Positions 51,601 to 64,000 of a DNA stretch of 64,000 bases are shown piece by piece (within the stretch, counting starts at the first letter, position 1; the number at the start of each line of letters is the position of its first letter). The position numbers were made by a program, and so were the translations under genes. The DNA is from Cyanophora paradoxa CCMP329 (taxonomy: Eukaryota > Plantae > Glaucophyta): assembly GCA_004431415.1 (NCBI GenBank), contig QPMI01000126.1, positions 5,442 through 69,441 of the forward strand, read 5' to 3'. The notes below the pieces were generated by a model, which made no database searches, was not told the DNA's origin, and was given only the letters and a program-made list of their open reading frames with translations.

Positions 51601-54400
51601 TATCGAAGTCGTGATGTCAGTGCCGTCAGCGCCGCCAGGCTTGTACACTGCGTGCGTCTCCGCAAGGCGAGAGCAGCAGTCCGCAACGACGTTCGACCGC
51701 CCGTTGCGGTACTCGATAGTGTAGTTGTAGTGGTTGAGGGCGATGGCCGCGCGCCCAAGCGTCTTGTTGTTCGCCAGCTCCTGTGTCTTCAACCATTGCA
51801 ACGCCGAATGATCCGTGCGGATCGTGAACGGGTGGCCGCAGACGAAGTAGTGGTGCCAGACCTTAACCGCCCAGAGTACCGCAATGCATTCGCCCTCCGT
51901 TGGTGATTGGTACTTGCGCTCCATGTTTGTCAGAGTACGACTGATGAATGCGATCGGGCGCTCGCGGCCGTCCTTGTCCTCCTGCATGAGCACCGCTCCA
52001 TGGCCCGTTGCTCCAGTCCGTGTAAATGATGAACGGCTTCGTGAAGTCGGGCAGCATCAGCACAATGTCCTCGCACATCGCCTTCTTGAGGTCGTCCAAC
52101 GCAGCGAGAGCCTCGTCATTCCACACCAAGTTGAGCCGGTCGGCTCGTAGTGCGTCCGTGAGGAGGTCTCGCAGGGAAAGTTCCCGTCGCGCGTAACTCT
52201 GTACGAAGCGCCGGTAGAAGCCCGTGAGGCCGAGGAAACTGCGGAGTTGCTCGACAGTCTGGAGTTCGTTCGCCGTGATCTTGGAGATGATCTCAACCTT
52301 CTTGGGGTCCATGCGAATGCCGTCGCTGCTGACACGGAATCCGAGCAGCTCGACTTCCCGCACCATGAAACGACATTGCTGGGCTTGAGTTTGAGGTTAC
52401 CGCGGTCGATCGCAGCGAAGAAGGCCTCCAGGTCGAGAAGGTGTTGTTTGACGTTCGGCGAGTGGACCGTGAGGTCATCGACGTACGCCACGACGCAGGT
52501 GGACAAAAGGTTGCCCAAAATTGACGTCACGGCTCGACAGAACGCCGCTGGGCCGTTCGTGATACCAAAAGGGTCACTTTCCACCTGTACATTCCCCAGG
52601 GGACGATGAATGTCGTCAGGTCACGTGACTCCTCGTCGAGTTCCAACTGCCAGAAACCCGACGTTGCGTCGCCAGTCGAGAACGTGGACGCACCCTGTAG
52701 GCGCTCCAATTGGTCCTCAATGCGTGGCAACGGGAAGACATCACGTTCCGTGAGGGAATTGAGCTTCCTGTAGTCGACGCAGAATCGCATCGTGCCATCC
52801 TTCTTCGGTGCCAGCACCACGGGCTGCCGAAACCAGCTTGCGAAGGCTCGATGAGACCGTCGCGTAGCAGCTTCTCGATTTCCGCCTTCGCAGCCTTCTC
52901 CGCAGGCGGAGAGAGCCGGCGAGGGACGGTGTACAGCGGGAGGTGCTTGGCGGGGACGCCGGGCAGAAGTCGGATGCTGTGCTTGTACTTCAGGAGCTCG
53001 CGTGGATTGATGTTCTGGGCGAAGCAGTGCTGGCGTTGCGTGAGAAGGTTCTGGAGTTGAGTGCGATCCTCGGAAGGGCGTCGGGTTCGACTCCGATGGT
53101 TTCAACAGGGCGTCCACCATCGCCTTGATGGTCTCGGCGATGGCTTTGTAGGAGGCGCAGTGTCACTCGACGGGGGCTCCATTCGAGCGTCGCATTGACG
53201 GACGCGATGGGCACCGTGGGCCGGCTGCGGGCCAACCAGCATCGGCTCGGAGTCGAAGCGGGCGAAGTGAGGCTCGAAGAAGCTGGCCAGCTCCATGAGC
53301 TCCTTGTCGTTGAAGTGATCGCCGGTTCGAGCAGTGTAAGGGGTGACGACACGTGCGACGTACGACATGAGACGCTCGCTGGCCTCGTGGGATAGCGGGA
53401 TGTCGGCAGCAGCATCGACGGAGCCAACATGCGCCGCCTCGCCCTCCTTGCAGTTGGGTTCGGGCGGTCGTCGGTGGTAGACCTCCGGGTAGAGGCGTCG
53501 GGCTCGGGAGATGTAGCGCCGTGGTTGCGAGCGTCGGGTACGACAACAGCTTGAAGTTCTCATAGATTTGCGCGGCTACGGAAGAGATCGGAATGTCAGT
53601 GTTGTTGAGGTGTCCAGGAGCTGTAACACCCCTTGGGTAGGTCTCGACATTCTCGTGTGGACGGAATTCGGACTCCGGCCAAGTCCCGAATTCAGTCTCC
53701 GCAATCACAGTTCCGGCTCGCAGGCGGACAGGCCGCCTGTGAGGGTTGCAGATCTGCACGAAAAACGTGCCGTGTGCTGGGTTGCGGTGAATTTGGTATG
53801 GCACCAAGAATTCGACTTCGTCGCTCCGTCGAAGCCGTCGTCGTCGAGGAGAGTGGTGGCGGAGTGAGGAGGACTTCCGGTGCGCCGAGAGTCGTGTTCG
53901 AAGTCGTTTGTGGCGTGTAACATCGAACGAGCGATTCACCCGGCCGTACAGTGATGTCCTTCGCCAATCGGACCAGAACGCCGCCGTCGTGCTGGCCCGT
54001 AGCCGAAAAGGGACGTGGAATCGTTCGCCATCCGAGGAGTCAGGCGACGTGATCGTCATTCCCAATTTGCTGGTCGAGCACGATGTGAGCGTTGAGCGCC
54101 ACCAGCGTTGTGAGGCCGAGTAGCATTGGAGTGTTGCCCATGAGACCAGGCGCGACGACGAGGACCTTCCGCGGAATTGTGACCGGACCAACCTTAATTG
54201 CAATGAATGCGATGCGCGCATAGGCAGTCATGTCCGTTCCAAAGCCGGTGAGGTGCACGCGCGGAGCGTTGCTGTAGCGAAGGCCTGCAGTTTGTCGCGA
54301 TACTGCCGTCGAGTACGTCCGCAGCGGCTCCTGTATCCACCAATGCCTTGGTGAGGAGGTATTGAAGGACTTGTCGTCGGTGATCGATAGCGGCGATGTG
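48700..54400 (-). pseudogene. pol: Frameshifted pol: aspartic protease, dUTPase-like segment, RT, RNase H, integrase
   Basis: ALVDTGA (~54330); KKDGTMRFCVDYRKLN, FPLPRIED, GFWQL, PFGITNGPAAF and YVDDL (52.4-52.8 kb); PIAFISRTL and TDHSAL (51.7-52 kb); FWWPGM..YVKTCRHCQ, VDAFTKY, LTDNAKVF, NGGAER, ATGFSPAALHFGR and WTGPY (48.9-49.9 kb); stop at 48700-48702. Confidence 0.92.
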
Positions 54401-57400
54401 CAAGTTGACGCAGATTCGGCCGTCGTTGATGCGCTCTCTGAGCGTGCGGTTCGTGTCCGTCATTCGCGCAATGGGTGTGGTACTGACGGCCGCCGTCGCC
54501 GAAGAGGGAACGTCAAGGGGTCCTCGACGTCGTCAAATCCAACATGCGTGCCGCGCAGACGCGAAGCGAGGCGAGGTAGCTCTGCTCATACGGTGTGCAC
54601 GGTGTCGAACCGGAGATGACGCTGGCTGGCGGAGCGGTGCCGTCCGCTTGAGGCGAGGTCGCTTCCGCGTGGTTGTCCGCCTGTGCACGTTCATGAGGAC
54701 GTCCGTCGCGGCGAATGGCGTGCCCTGCAGGGAGCTGCCGACAGACGCAGCGGGGGCCGGTGATTGCGCATTGTGGCTGAAAGTATCCGACGCCAAGGAT
54801 GGGCTTGCAGTCGGCGTTTGCGAGCTTGTTGAGGTGCGGTTGCTGGCCAGCCATAGTGAATCTCGTTGATCGCGTCAACTTCGGTCCCGCTGCGCCATCC
54901 GTCGTTCAGCCGGCCGGTAGCCAGGCTCTCCGGGGATCGGAACGGGATGGCTTCGCGGTGGCGCGAGAGAGACGCCCGGAGATATTGACGAGTTGGGGCC
55001 AAGCGTGGCGGAGGCGCGTGTCGCGTTGGAGTACGTGCCGCTCGTAGAAACGTGTCCGTTGAGCGTCATGACTACGGAAGTCATTGTGGAGGACCACGTC
55101 CACGCCGCGAGCCGATTGAATTGAGGATGAAGGCCGCCCGAGTGAACAAGGCGCGAGTGAAAGCGAGGTCGGCTGACAGGCCCTGAGAGGTTGTGAAATC
55201 CCACCGAAAGTTCTCGATCTCGTGGAGCGTCTCCAGATTGCGTGGGCGTTGAGTTGGTGAGACCGCTGAAGCGGCGACCAGTCGTACAAGTGATAACTGC
55301 AGCGAATTCAGGGTCTCGAAGGCACGGTGTCGCGCGGACGTGATCCGCTCGTAGTCCGGTCCCCGTCCAGAGTAGAGGAGCCAGCAGCCCATCGTGAGAT
55401 CCGTCGACGTCCTGGATTAGTGAGGTCGTTGTATGCGATCGTGTACGTGTGCTGCCGTGTGAGCGGTCCAAGGAGGCCGTGGGGGCGAACGCGGACGACT
55501 GCACGCGCGAGGCTAGGCTCGGCGTCCCGGCCGACGGGGTCTCCGATGAGCTACGGACTCGCGGTGGAGCCACCACTGTCCGAGCTGGAGTCGTCGCCGT
55601 CAGAGTTCCCGTCGTCTCGGTCCCCGTAGGACTACGACGCGGAGGCCTGTTACTGCCAGATGGCTTGAAGACAACACCCTGGATGTGACCGAAGCGTGCC
55701 AGTCCCGTCGGCTCGTTGGTGCGCAGATCCTTGAAGTCGTCGACCAGACGACGAAGGGTCGGACAAAGGGCTTGCGCGCAATCCCAGGGTTCCGACGAAT
55801 GTACTCGTCCGTGCCACGAGCTTGATCTTGCCGTCGAGGCGCGGGTCCCAAATGTACGCGCGCGACTCCTCTGCCTTCGTCGTAGTGATGTAGTTCATGA
55901 TGTTAGTGAAGCGCGTGCGGCCTTCGTACGGGTCGACAGGCGCGCCGTGGGGCCGTGACCAATGTAAATGTGGGGATCTGACGAAGGAGGCTGTCGTTGT
56001 CCGGATCGCCCAGGAGTGACGCAGGGGAGGACGTCGACGATCTGTACCGCCCGGTAGGCTTCGCGCTAGTGAACGTGATGGGCCGCCTCGTCGCCGCGTC
56101 GACGGTGGCGTGATTGTAAACGAATTGTTCCAACCAACCGTGGAGTAGCGCCCGCGCCTGCGGTTCGCGACTGAAGATGGCGGCGCCGAATTCATTGTAG
56201 AATGGATCGAATGTGAAGTTGCCATATTCGGCGTGACGGAATTGCTCGTGTATGTCGGCGTATCGCTGTTCGAAATCCATAATAGCGTTGCGCACTGCGC
56301 TCGCGTTGACGTCATAGACACTGGACGATGCGGGTGTGACGGATCGTTCGTGGGATCGAAGTCAGCGCCCCGGACTTGGGCGTTGAGTGCGTTGATGACT
56401 CCATCCGGGAGTCGGAATGCTACGGGCCAGCAGTGGTTTCGATCCATGTCGACATCTTCGCGAGCCGCCGGGGTGTCTCGTGCTTGATCTGGACCGCCAA
56501 CCAGTCGTTGGTTGCCTGTGCAGTAGGGATTCGAAGGCTGTGATAAATGTGCCGGTCGACGCGTTCGCAGTCAGGGTACTCGACCTCGTACCATTTGTCG
56601 AGTTTGGCACTGCGCGCCACTTCGCCTGAAGCCGTGAAGCGGAAGTGCAGCTCATCCTCGTGGCTACGAACGTAGTCGATGATGATGTTCCGAGTTCCCC
56701 CGGTAGGGGCTCGAGGAAGAACGACAAGGCACCGTGCAGCTTGACTGCCGCCGCCAGGTACGCTGCGATTCCGTACACCCAAGTGTGTACCGAAAGCGGG
56801 AACCCCAGGACCTGGTGGACGACGGGGGCGTTGCAGGCGCGGTGCCCGTGGGCCCGCGACGACGCAGAGACACGACGACGCCCCCAGGGCCAGTGTAGTC
56901 ATTGACGGACACCGGGAAGTACTTGGGTCGGGGCCGCACGGGTGCGGCCCCGCCGCCTCGTTTGGGGGTTTCCTCGTGCCCGCGATGATCTGCTGCCAGG
57001 TGTTCCGGTTGTTCGCGTCGAAGATAGTGATGTGCGAGCGGTTCTGGATCGCGTTGGGGCACCGCGGCTGGGTCCGGCCGGTGCAACGTGCGTGAATCGG
57101 ACGATTCGAGGCCGCACAGGTCAGCATTGGCCGCGTAAGAGTCATGGGCGGCGCGTTGAGGTCGTCGGGCATGGCAATCTCGTAGAAGCATCGTTCGACA
57201 TCTTGACGTGAAGCGGAGTCACGGAGGTGCGCGTGGTTGTCCTCGTCGTAGATGCAGTCGAAGTAGTCGGCATACTTGTTGGCCGGGTGGAACTCGTCGG
57301 CGGCCGTGATCAGGAACGATCGGAAGGGCAGGCCCGCGCGGTTGTGCTGGCTGAGTTCGCCATGGCCGGAGCACCGGCGCGGTACGGGTAGGTGCCGGGG

Positions 57401-60400
57401 CCGACGCCGTAGCGTAGGACACGACTGAGTGCTCGCGAGAAGTTCGACCAGCGTACGTGCATCTTCATGAGGAATGGGCGCATGTACGGGACGCGCCGGA
57501 GAAATGCCTCGAGACCAGAGTCGCCGAGTAGCACGTATGGCATGTGGACCTCACCTAGGACGTGCATGTACTTCTTTGTCGTGGTGGCGGGATGAACTGG
57601 GGTGGTCCCGAGTCGGGATTCCCTCCAGCTCTTCGACCGGCGCGGCTCCGGGAGCTCCTCCGGTCTGTGCCCGTCCTCCACAGTGAGCTCCTCGGTCAGA
57701 TCAGCCGTCTGTCCGAACGGGGCTGGGCCTCCGAGGATGTGAGCCGCGACGGCGAAGATGTGGGCGCGTGTCGCCCATGTTCCTGGATCGTTTGCAGTAC
57801 GCTGTGGCCAGGAAGTCCGTGTTCGTGAAGAGAAGCGGTGTCATGAAGATGTGATAGGAGGTATCCCGTCCCGGATCAGTATCCAGAGGTAGGAAGTCAC
57901 CTCCAGCTCGCGTCTCCTCGGGCTGTATGTGCGCATGCCGTACGGGAGTGGGGGCGAGGATTGTGGAGACGGATTGGGTACCAGTCGTTGATCGTTTGGG
58001 CGAATAATTCCCCGTTGATGTGATTGTTGCGCCGTCCAAAACCCGCATAGAACGTGTCGCGCTCGTTCTCCGTCGAATCAGGTCGCGGTTCCCGTCGGAC
58101 CATCACGCCGCTCAGATCCGGCCACACTCCGTGCTGGTAGCCAGCGCCGTCGACGACCGTGAAGCCCTTCGCCCATTCCTCGTTGAGGAAGGCCCAGAAT
58201 AGACGTCAGGAATGTCAGCGTTCTCCGAGAGTAGCACCTCCTTGAAAGGAACAGTGTGGAGTTCGCTCAAAATTCTGGAGATGATGGAGTCGACCTCCTC
58301 GGAGTGAGCCGGGCGGCCTTGCGCTCCTTCTTCTGCAACTTCTCGTCATTCGGTCGCTTCTCGCGGGGGCGCTGCGCTCTGTTCCGTAGACCATAGCGCG
58401 GGCGCGAAGCCCGAAGTACGTGTTGGAGTTCCAGAAAGTGTCCTTGCTCATGTCGTCGACAAGTCCAACGAGGGAATCCCAGTCAGGAACGCGAGGCAAG
58501 ATGTCGATGCCGTCCGACGTCCACTGTGTCAGGTATCCGTACTCGTCAACGTCGCGCTCAGGGGGCCGTGGGACCGGACGGCGAGAGGGTCGGTGACGGG
58601 TACCATCGGACTGGGGAGGACAGGGAGTAGGTGATCGCGGTAGCGCGGGTAAAGCATGCAGTAGAACAGATTCAATCGATGCTCGGCGTCCAGGAGGAAG
58701 GCCCGTGTTACCGCCAAGCGCTGGGTGGTCGTAGCCTTGCTAAGTGCAGTGTCGAGTCGAGCGACGAGGCCGAAAGCAAGCTTGCTCGCAGTACGAGTGC
58801 TTGACTCCGTCTCGAGCTTGTACGCGCGACGCATGGCCTCGAGAGTCAGCTGGAGGATATGGAGCGCCACGCAGTTTGCACGCCAGGAGCGCCGCCTCTT
58901 CAGGTGCACCATTATGTAACGGTCAGAGTTGTAATAGAGCTCGACAGCTGGCTCGGGCTGCTCGGGGTGAAGACGGGGGCGTGCAGTCGCGATTCGAGAC
59001 GGATCGGTTTGCCCTTCTTGGCGAGTTGACGCTTGTGCATGAACGTAGTGATTGACATCGCGACAACGGTGGTGTCATGTAGCTCGGCGAGCCTTGCCAG
59101 CGCAGTCGTCTCCGTGACAGACGCGGCGACGACGTTCGTGAAATTTGAGGGGAGGACGCCGGAGCGGTGACGGGACAGTCCGTGCCGAAGACAGTGGTGT
59201 AGGTCGGACTCGCTGACGGGGGGCGTGCGCAGACGATGGACATCGCGTGCCGCGACCACTGCTAACTGGCTGTTCAGCCGGATCTCCTCCGCGAGCTCGG
59301 CGGTCGCCCGCTGGTTCGTAGCCGGGTTCGCGTCGGATTTCGGGTTGAAACGGGACGTGTAGTAACGGCGCAGGAAGTTGCCGGGCCCTCGACGTCGGCT
59401 GTGATGTTGACGAGGCGGAGTACGTTCTCGACTTGCTCGGTGAGCATTGACAGCAACGGCGCGTACTCGTCGGCCATGGACGGTCGGAGCTCGGTGCTGG
59501 GTCACGAACGTCGTAGAGGTGAGCAAATCGGCTATCCCCGTAGCGGTCGCGCGTCTCGTCCCACTTGTAATGGTCGAAGTATGCAGCGATGTCCCACGCC
59601 CGCGCCAGGGCCGTCGAACGCATCGACAAGGCGATGTCGGCGGCGGTGAACCGTGTCGAAGCGTAGACAGATAGATGTCGTCAGGTCCTGTGAGCGGGGC
59701 CGTGAACTTGACAGTTTGGACCAGTTGCCTGATTGTTGCAAGGCGCGTCGCCGTTTCGTGATCTTGTCGAAGTTCAAGAACCGTTCATCGCTCTCCGTCA
59801 TCTCCACGTCGTAGTGCAGCGTCCGGAGATTGCGGGCAAGGTTGACAGCCACCTGAAGGATGCACGGTACGACTGGAGTCTTGGACTGGTGTACAAGAGT
59901 GAACTCTGTCGGTGTCAAACCAAACAGCTCCAGCATCTCTGGCCGTCCGAGGACATCGGCGAGCGGGTCGTCGGGTGAGGCCACGTGGTCGCCGTCTCCC
60001 CAGGCGCGAAGGGCTGAGCCCGCGCGAGGCGCATGATGACGTGGATGACGGAGCGGAATTCGGTCAGATGTTGAAGGAGGTAGTGAGCCTGGTCACTCGG
60101 GCGAGTACCCAGCAACGGTTGCCCAGTAGGCGTGTTGCTGCGGGCAGCTGCGAGGTGCATGCAGCTCGTGAGCTCGCTGGCGGCGAAGAGGTCGGCGTCT
60201 CAGGGGTCTTGCGCCAATCCGTCGTCGTCGTTGTGACCATGAAGCGTCGCGGCGTGTCCAGGTACGCACGCAGCTGGTTGTGCACCACGGGCTTGAGGCG
60301 AAGGATCGTCCAGGCGTGGCGGTGTCCAAGGTCGCGGCCACGTCCTTGATCTCGGCTCCGAGTCGCTGGACGTGTCTTCGTCGGTGTCAGGAGGACTGTC

Positions 60401-63400
60401 ACGGTCGTCGTGAGGCTCGGCAAGGTCGGCGTGTCGACGATGATCCCCCTCGAAACGCGCGGGTCGCCCATGGGCACGTCCTCGGTCCTCTCAGTGCCCG
60501 ACGAGTCGGCAGTCGTCGAGTCAGGCATCGACGCGTCGGTCGGTGCAGTGTAGTCGGGGTGAAGTGACGGATCGGCAGCATCGGGGGTTGGGCCGGGCTC
60601 TGCGGCGGGGCCGCCGTCACAGTCGTGGCCGGGGCTGGCGGGGCGTCGGACGGGCCAGTAGCTCAGGCGCAGGCGACGGGGCCGTCGAGACCGCAGCCAC
60701 GGCCGTGGGGACGGGACGCTGTGCGGGTCGTCAGCGAGGTCGCCATCGCCGTGCGATGGGCGAAGCATCTCGAGCGGCCGTCGACGAGACCGGCGTCTCG
60801 AGAGCGGGCGTCGGGGCCACCGGAGTCGTCGTCACGGGTGCAACGGGCTGGGCGTCCGGAGTCGTCGTCGCGGGTGCAACGGGCTGGGCGTCCGGAGTGT
60901 CCGTCGACGAGGCCGTCACTCGGGCGCAGGGGTGGGTCGTTCCGCGGGCCGGGGGCTCCGGGCGTCGGTCGCGGTGTCACCGGTGCCGTTGGGCACGTCA
61001 TGTCGTCGTCGTGGTAGTGAGGTTGCCCGGGGTCTGGGCCGGCTGGTATGAATCGGGAGCGCGCGGCCGCGGCCCCTGACCGTTCCCCATGCCTCGCCGA
61101 TGGCGCGGTGGGCCTGTGCTGCCGCAGTACGGCGACGGGCGTCCATGGTGCGGCCACGAGCAATACCACCGATTGCAGCCTGCAAGTAGGGGGCTTGCGC
61201 CGCGGCCTGCACCGGTCCTCTCCCTTGGCAGCTTCGGCGTCGAGGCGAGCCTGCAGTTCACGTGCGAGCTGTTCGTCGGCCAGCAGCTGCGCGTGCTTGT
61301 CGGGCGGAGTGGTCGGGGACGGCGTTCCAGGCGTGCGGCGACGAAGGATGTCTGTCAACACGTTGTGGACTTCGAGGTACCTCGCCGAAAACTGCGTCGG
61401 GTCCCGAAGTCGCGCGTTCTCGCGGCGAGTCGCAAGTACTCCATGTCGACGTCGTTGGTTCGGAGAGTGAGATGCGGCTTAATCTTGTCCCGCTGTCGAG
61501 CCGGCCAGTCGTGTAGAACGGCAGCGACGTAAATCGACGCCAACTTGCGGCTCACTCCCCCAGCTGCAGCGACCGTGGTCTCAGGCACCGGGTAGGGCGG
61601 AAGATCAGTTGGTGTCGGGCCGAGGCGCGTGTTCGGCTCATCGACGGGTGCATTAACGCGTGAGCATGGTAGAACGCCGGTGCCGACAAGCAGACGGGAA
61701 GCGACGCGTTCACAGTCGTTCGCGCGAGTCGGGACGTGTCCTGCCCAGAGGTGTTGACAACTCCCGGGCGAGAATGATTGGCCGAGTGCCTATCGGTCCA
61801 GTACTCGCGTCGCGAACGCCAGGCCGGAGGTGCTGGCGCGGACGGTGAAGGGCTGACGTCGACGTTAAGGAAGATGTCAGCGACCCGAGGCCAGTCGTCG
61901 TTCCCCGTCAAAGACGTCGTTCCCTGTGGGTGATATCCATTAACAGACCGATAATCCGCAGGAAGAGCGTCTTCATTTCCATCGTCACTCCGTACAGAGC
62001 GTCGAGCGTGATGTCCGCCGGTGCATCGTCAGTCGCAGAGTACTCGGGTACGGCGTGCGCTGGCGTGAGGTTGGCGACGGTACGGGGCAATTGCGGACGA
62101 ACTCCATGTACGGCGGCGTTGTGCAGAGGCGGCAGTGCTCCTGAAGCTCGACGTTAGTCATTGTCACCGTGTTGCCCGTGGTCGAGTCGATGTACTCGTA
62201 GTAGCGGTGCGCAATGCTGATCACTGATGCACGGAGCCGGTGGTTCACGATGACGGGTGAGCCATCGGGGCCGATGCTGCACGTGTGGCACGGTGCAGGC
62301 ATGTCGACTGGCGACAGGAAGAGAAGAATTTGCTGTCCCCCAACACTGACCATGATCTTCTCGACCGTGCGAGAGGCGAAGACGCGGTCTCCACCCTCGC
62401 GCTCATACCTCCCCGCTGCCTGGTGGCGACGAGCGATGAGCGTGATCGAGTCTTCCGCAATGTCCATCAGCATCTCGCGCAACTTCCGGTTGCGGTTGAT
62501 GGGGTCATTGTCAGCCCTGTCCTCCGACGCCTTGGGCCGCAGTACGGCGGGCGCGGGTGGAGTGGGCGTGGTCGGCGGGACGATTGGCGTCTTGTCCTCA
62601 GGGGCGAGGCCCTCTGCCGTCGCGACAGAGCTGGGTCCGGCGACGGGGTCGGTCGGAGCGTTTGCCGCGACGAAACGAGCGTAGGCGTCAGCAGCCTTTG
62701 CCGAAGTCGCGTCAGGGCCTGAGGCGAACCGTAGCTCACCCTCGCGCTCGAGAATGTAGACGAGAAGTAGGATCGTAGACTCGACGTCGTAGCCACGGAG
62801 GTACGTGCGGAGTGTGCTCTCAACGTAATTGACAGCGGCCGTTCGTCGGTTGGGGCGCATGAATGTTGGGCTGCGGTTCTGCGCGTCGGTGAAGGACGTC
62901 TTGACACGGTTCAGGAGGGACTCGACGACAGCAGCTCCTGGGAGCGTCAGCGTTGTCGTAGGTGCAGGCGGCGCGTCGGTTGTGTCCATGGCGCCGTCGG
63001 TGAAAGTGAAGACACGACGGGCGCACAGAGCGTTGACGATTGCCTGAACCGTAGTGTCAACATCGAATGCCTCGAGCTCCTTACGCAGTACACTCGTGAC
63101 GTGGTTGGCCGCAGCCTGCCGCGTGCGAGGCGGCGGGGCGCCCGTGTTCGTGATGGCCATCGCTGCCATTTCAACCAAGTGTAACAGCTGCTCGCCCTCA
63201 GCGCCCCGGTAGGGCCGGCGAAGCTGCTCGTTGGTGTCGAGATGTTAGTGTTAATTGCCGCGATAGTCGTCGTCTCACGGGCGATTGCGATCCACGTGCG
63301 CAACGTTGTCACGTCATCCTCAGTGGCCGTGTCTGCAATGATGCGTGTGACGGCCGCATTCAGACGCTTGTGCTCACTGTGGCCTTTCGGGTTGATGAGC

Positions 63401-64000
63401 GGGCGGGCCGCCAGCAAGTGCCAATGCGGGTGGCTGTGGTGAGCGTGAGTGCCGTCAGCGCACGGGATGCCGGGGTTCACGTCGAGCGCCGGCGGGATCG
63501 GGAACCGCCCGTTCTTCGCGTGTCCGGAGATGTCGCGGGCGATCACAAAGAACTCCATCTCCCTGGTCGGGTCACGAACGGGGTGCGACGTAGGGAGGCT
63601 TTCAAGCGCAGCGATGAGCGCGGAGTGAGCAGTACGAAGTCCGTCATTGGGCGCGTCACGACGGTGTGCCGAGGGAATGGGGCGGGCAACAAGGGTACCA
63701 TTCTCCTGGCGGCCGACGACATGGGGGTGGCAGTCAGCACACGTCTCGTTGGCGAAAGACAGGTCCCGACGGCGAGGCATGTGCGCATCCTCCGTGAATA
63801 CCGCGGTACGGTAATTGGAGGCCTGCGTGAAGACGGGGTACATGTTGTCGTGGGCTTGGGGAAGCGGTGCGCGCGCGCCTCCTCCGAGTCGCCTTCCGCA
63901 TCGATAGCGTTGCGGACGCGAGCCCAGCAGACACCGGGGCCCTTCGGCTCGAGGTACGTCGTGAGCATCTGGAGGGCGGGGCAGTAAAGGATGGTACGCG
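54400..64000 (-). CDS. Long frameshift-broken upstream coding region of the retroelement (gag plus extra unassigned ORF or ORFs)
   Basis: A chain of overlapping minus-strand ORFs with globular-looking composition (e.g. 55903-56295, 56420-57172, 57310-57681, 58529-59526, 61985-63178, 62947-63843). Confidence 0.6.
60820..60898. repeat. 36-bp tandem repeat (2+ copies) inside the retroelement ORF
   Basis: ccggagtcgtcgtc(a/g)cgggtgcaacgggctgggcgt starts at 60820 and 60856, with a partial copy at 60892. It encodes TPDAQPVAP(A/V)TT on the minus strand. Confidence 0.9.

Larger units (their letters stand above)
48168..64000 (-). mobile_element. Very large Ty3/Gypsy-type retroelement (5' end outside the window; 3' boundary/LTR uncertain)
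   Basis: Minus-strand domain order is PR-RT-RNaseH-INT. The region is intron-free with uniform composition to the window end. TGTCAC at 48168 and 48269 are only candidate outer termini. Confidence 0.85.

Noticed and set aside
57405-57450. Tpt1/KptA-like motif (FSRALSRVLRYG)
   Set aside because: It resembles only the short N-terminal helix. The catalytic His and downstream motifs are not present.

Overview
Eukaryotic, very GC-rich and intron-dense genomic DNA. A photosynthetic protist is likely; a plastid-type protein with an N-terminal Phe suggests a glaucophyte such as Cyanophora (inference). The window has three zones. (1) 1-13.5 kb is a head-to-tail array of ~4.8 copies of a ~2.76-kb non-coding unit. 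Each copy carries a cluster of GTGCAC-centred palindromes, and the edge copies have acquired many short palindromic/duplicative insertions. (2) 14-47.4 kb is a compact island of spliced housekeeping genes, mostly in head-to-head pairs: APC7, At5g03900-like, a hypothetical gene, RPL36A, YIPF3, a CaMKK/GRIK kinase apparently fused to a His-less BAHD acyltransferase domain, an EEP phosphoesterase, RPS13, MSH6 plus a 5'-truncated duplicate, a GSK3-like kinase and a flavin reductase. About a third of the introns I counted by hand use GC donors. (3) From ~48.2 kb to the end lies a very large minus-strand Ty3/Gypsy-type retroelement with >9 kb of unassigned coding sequence upstream of the protease. 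Most of the supplied ORF track is spurious (high GC, unspliced). Scattered homopolymer indels suggest long-read consensus errors. Gene identities come from recognising motifs by eye, not from database searches.
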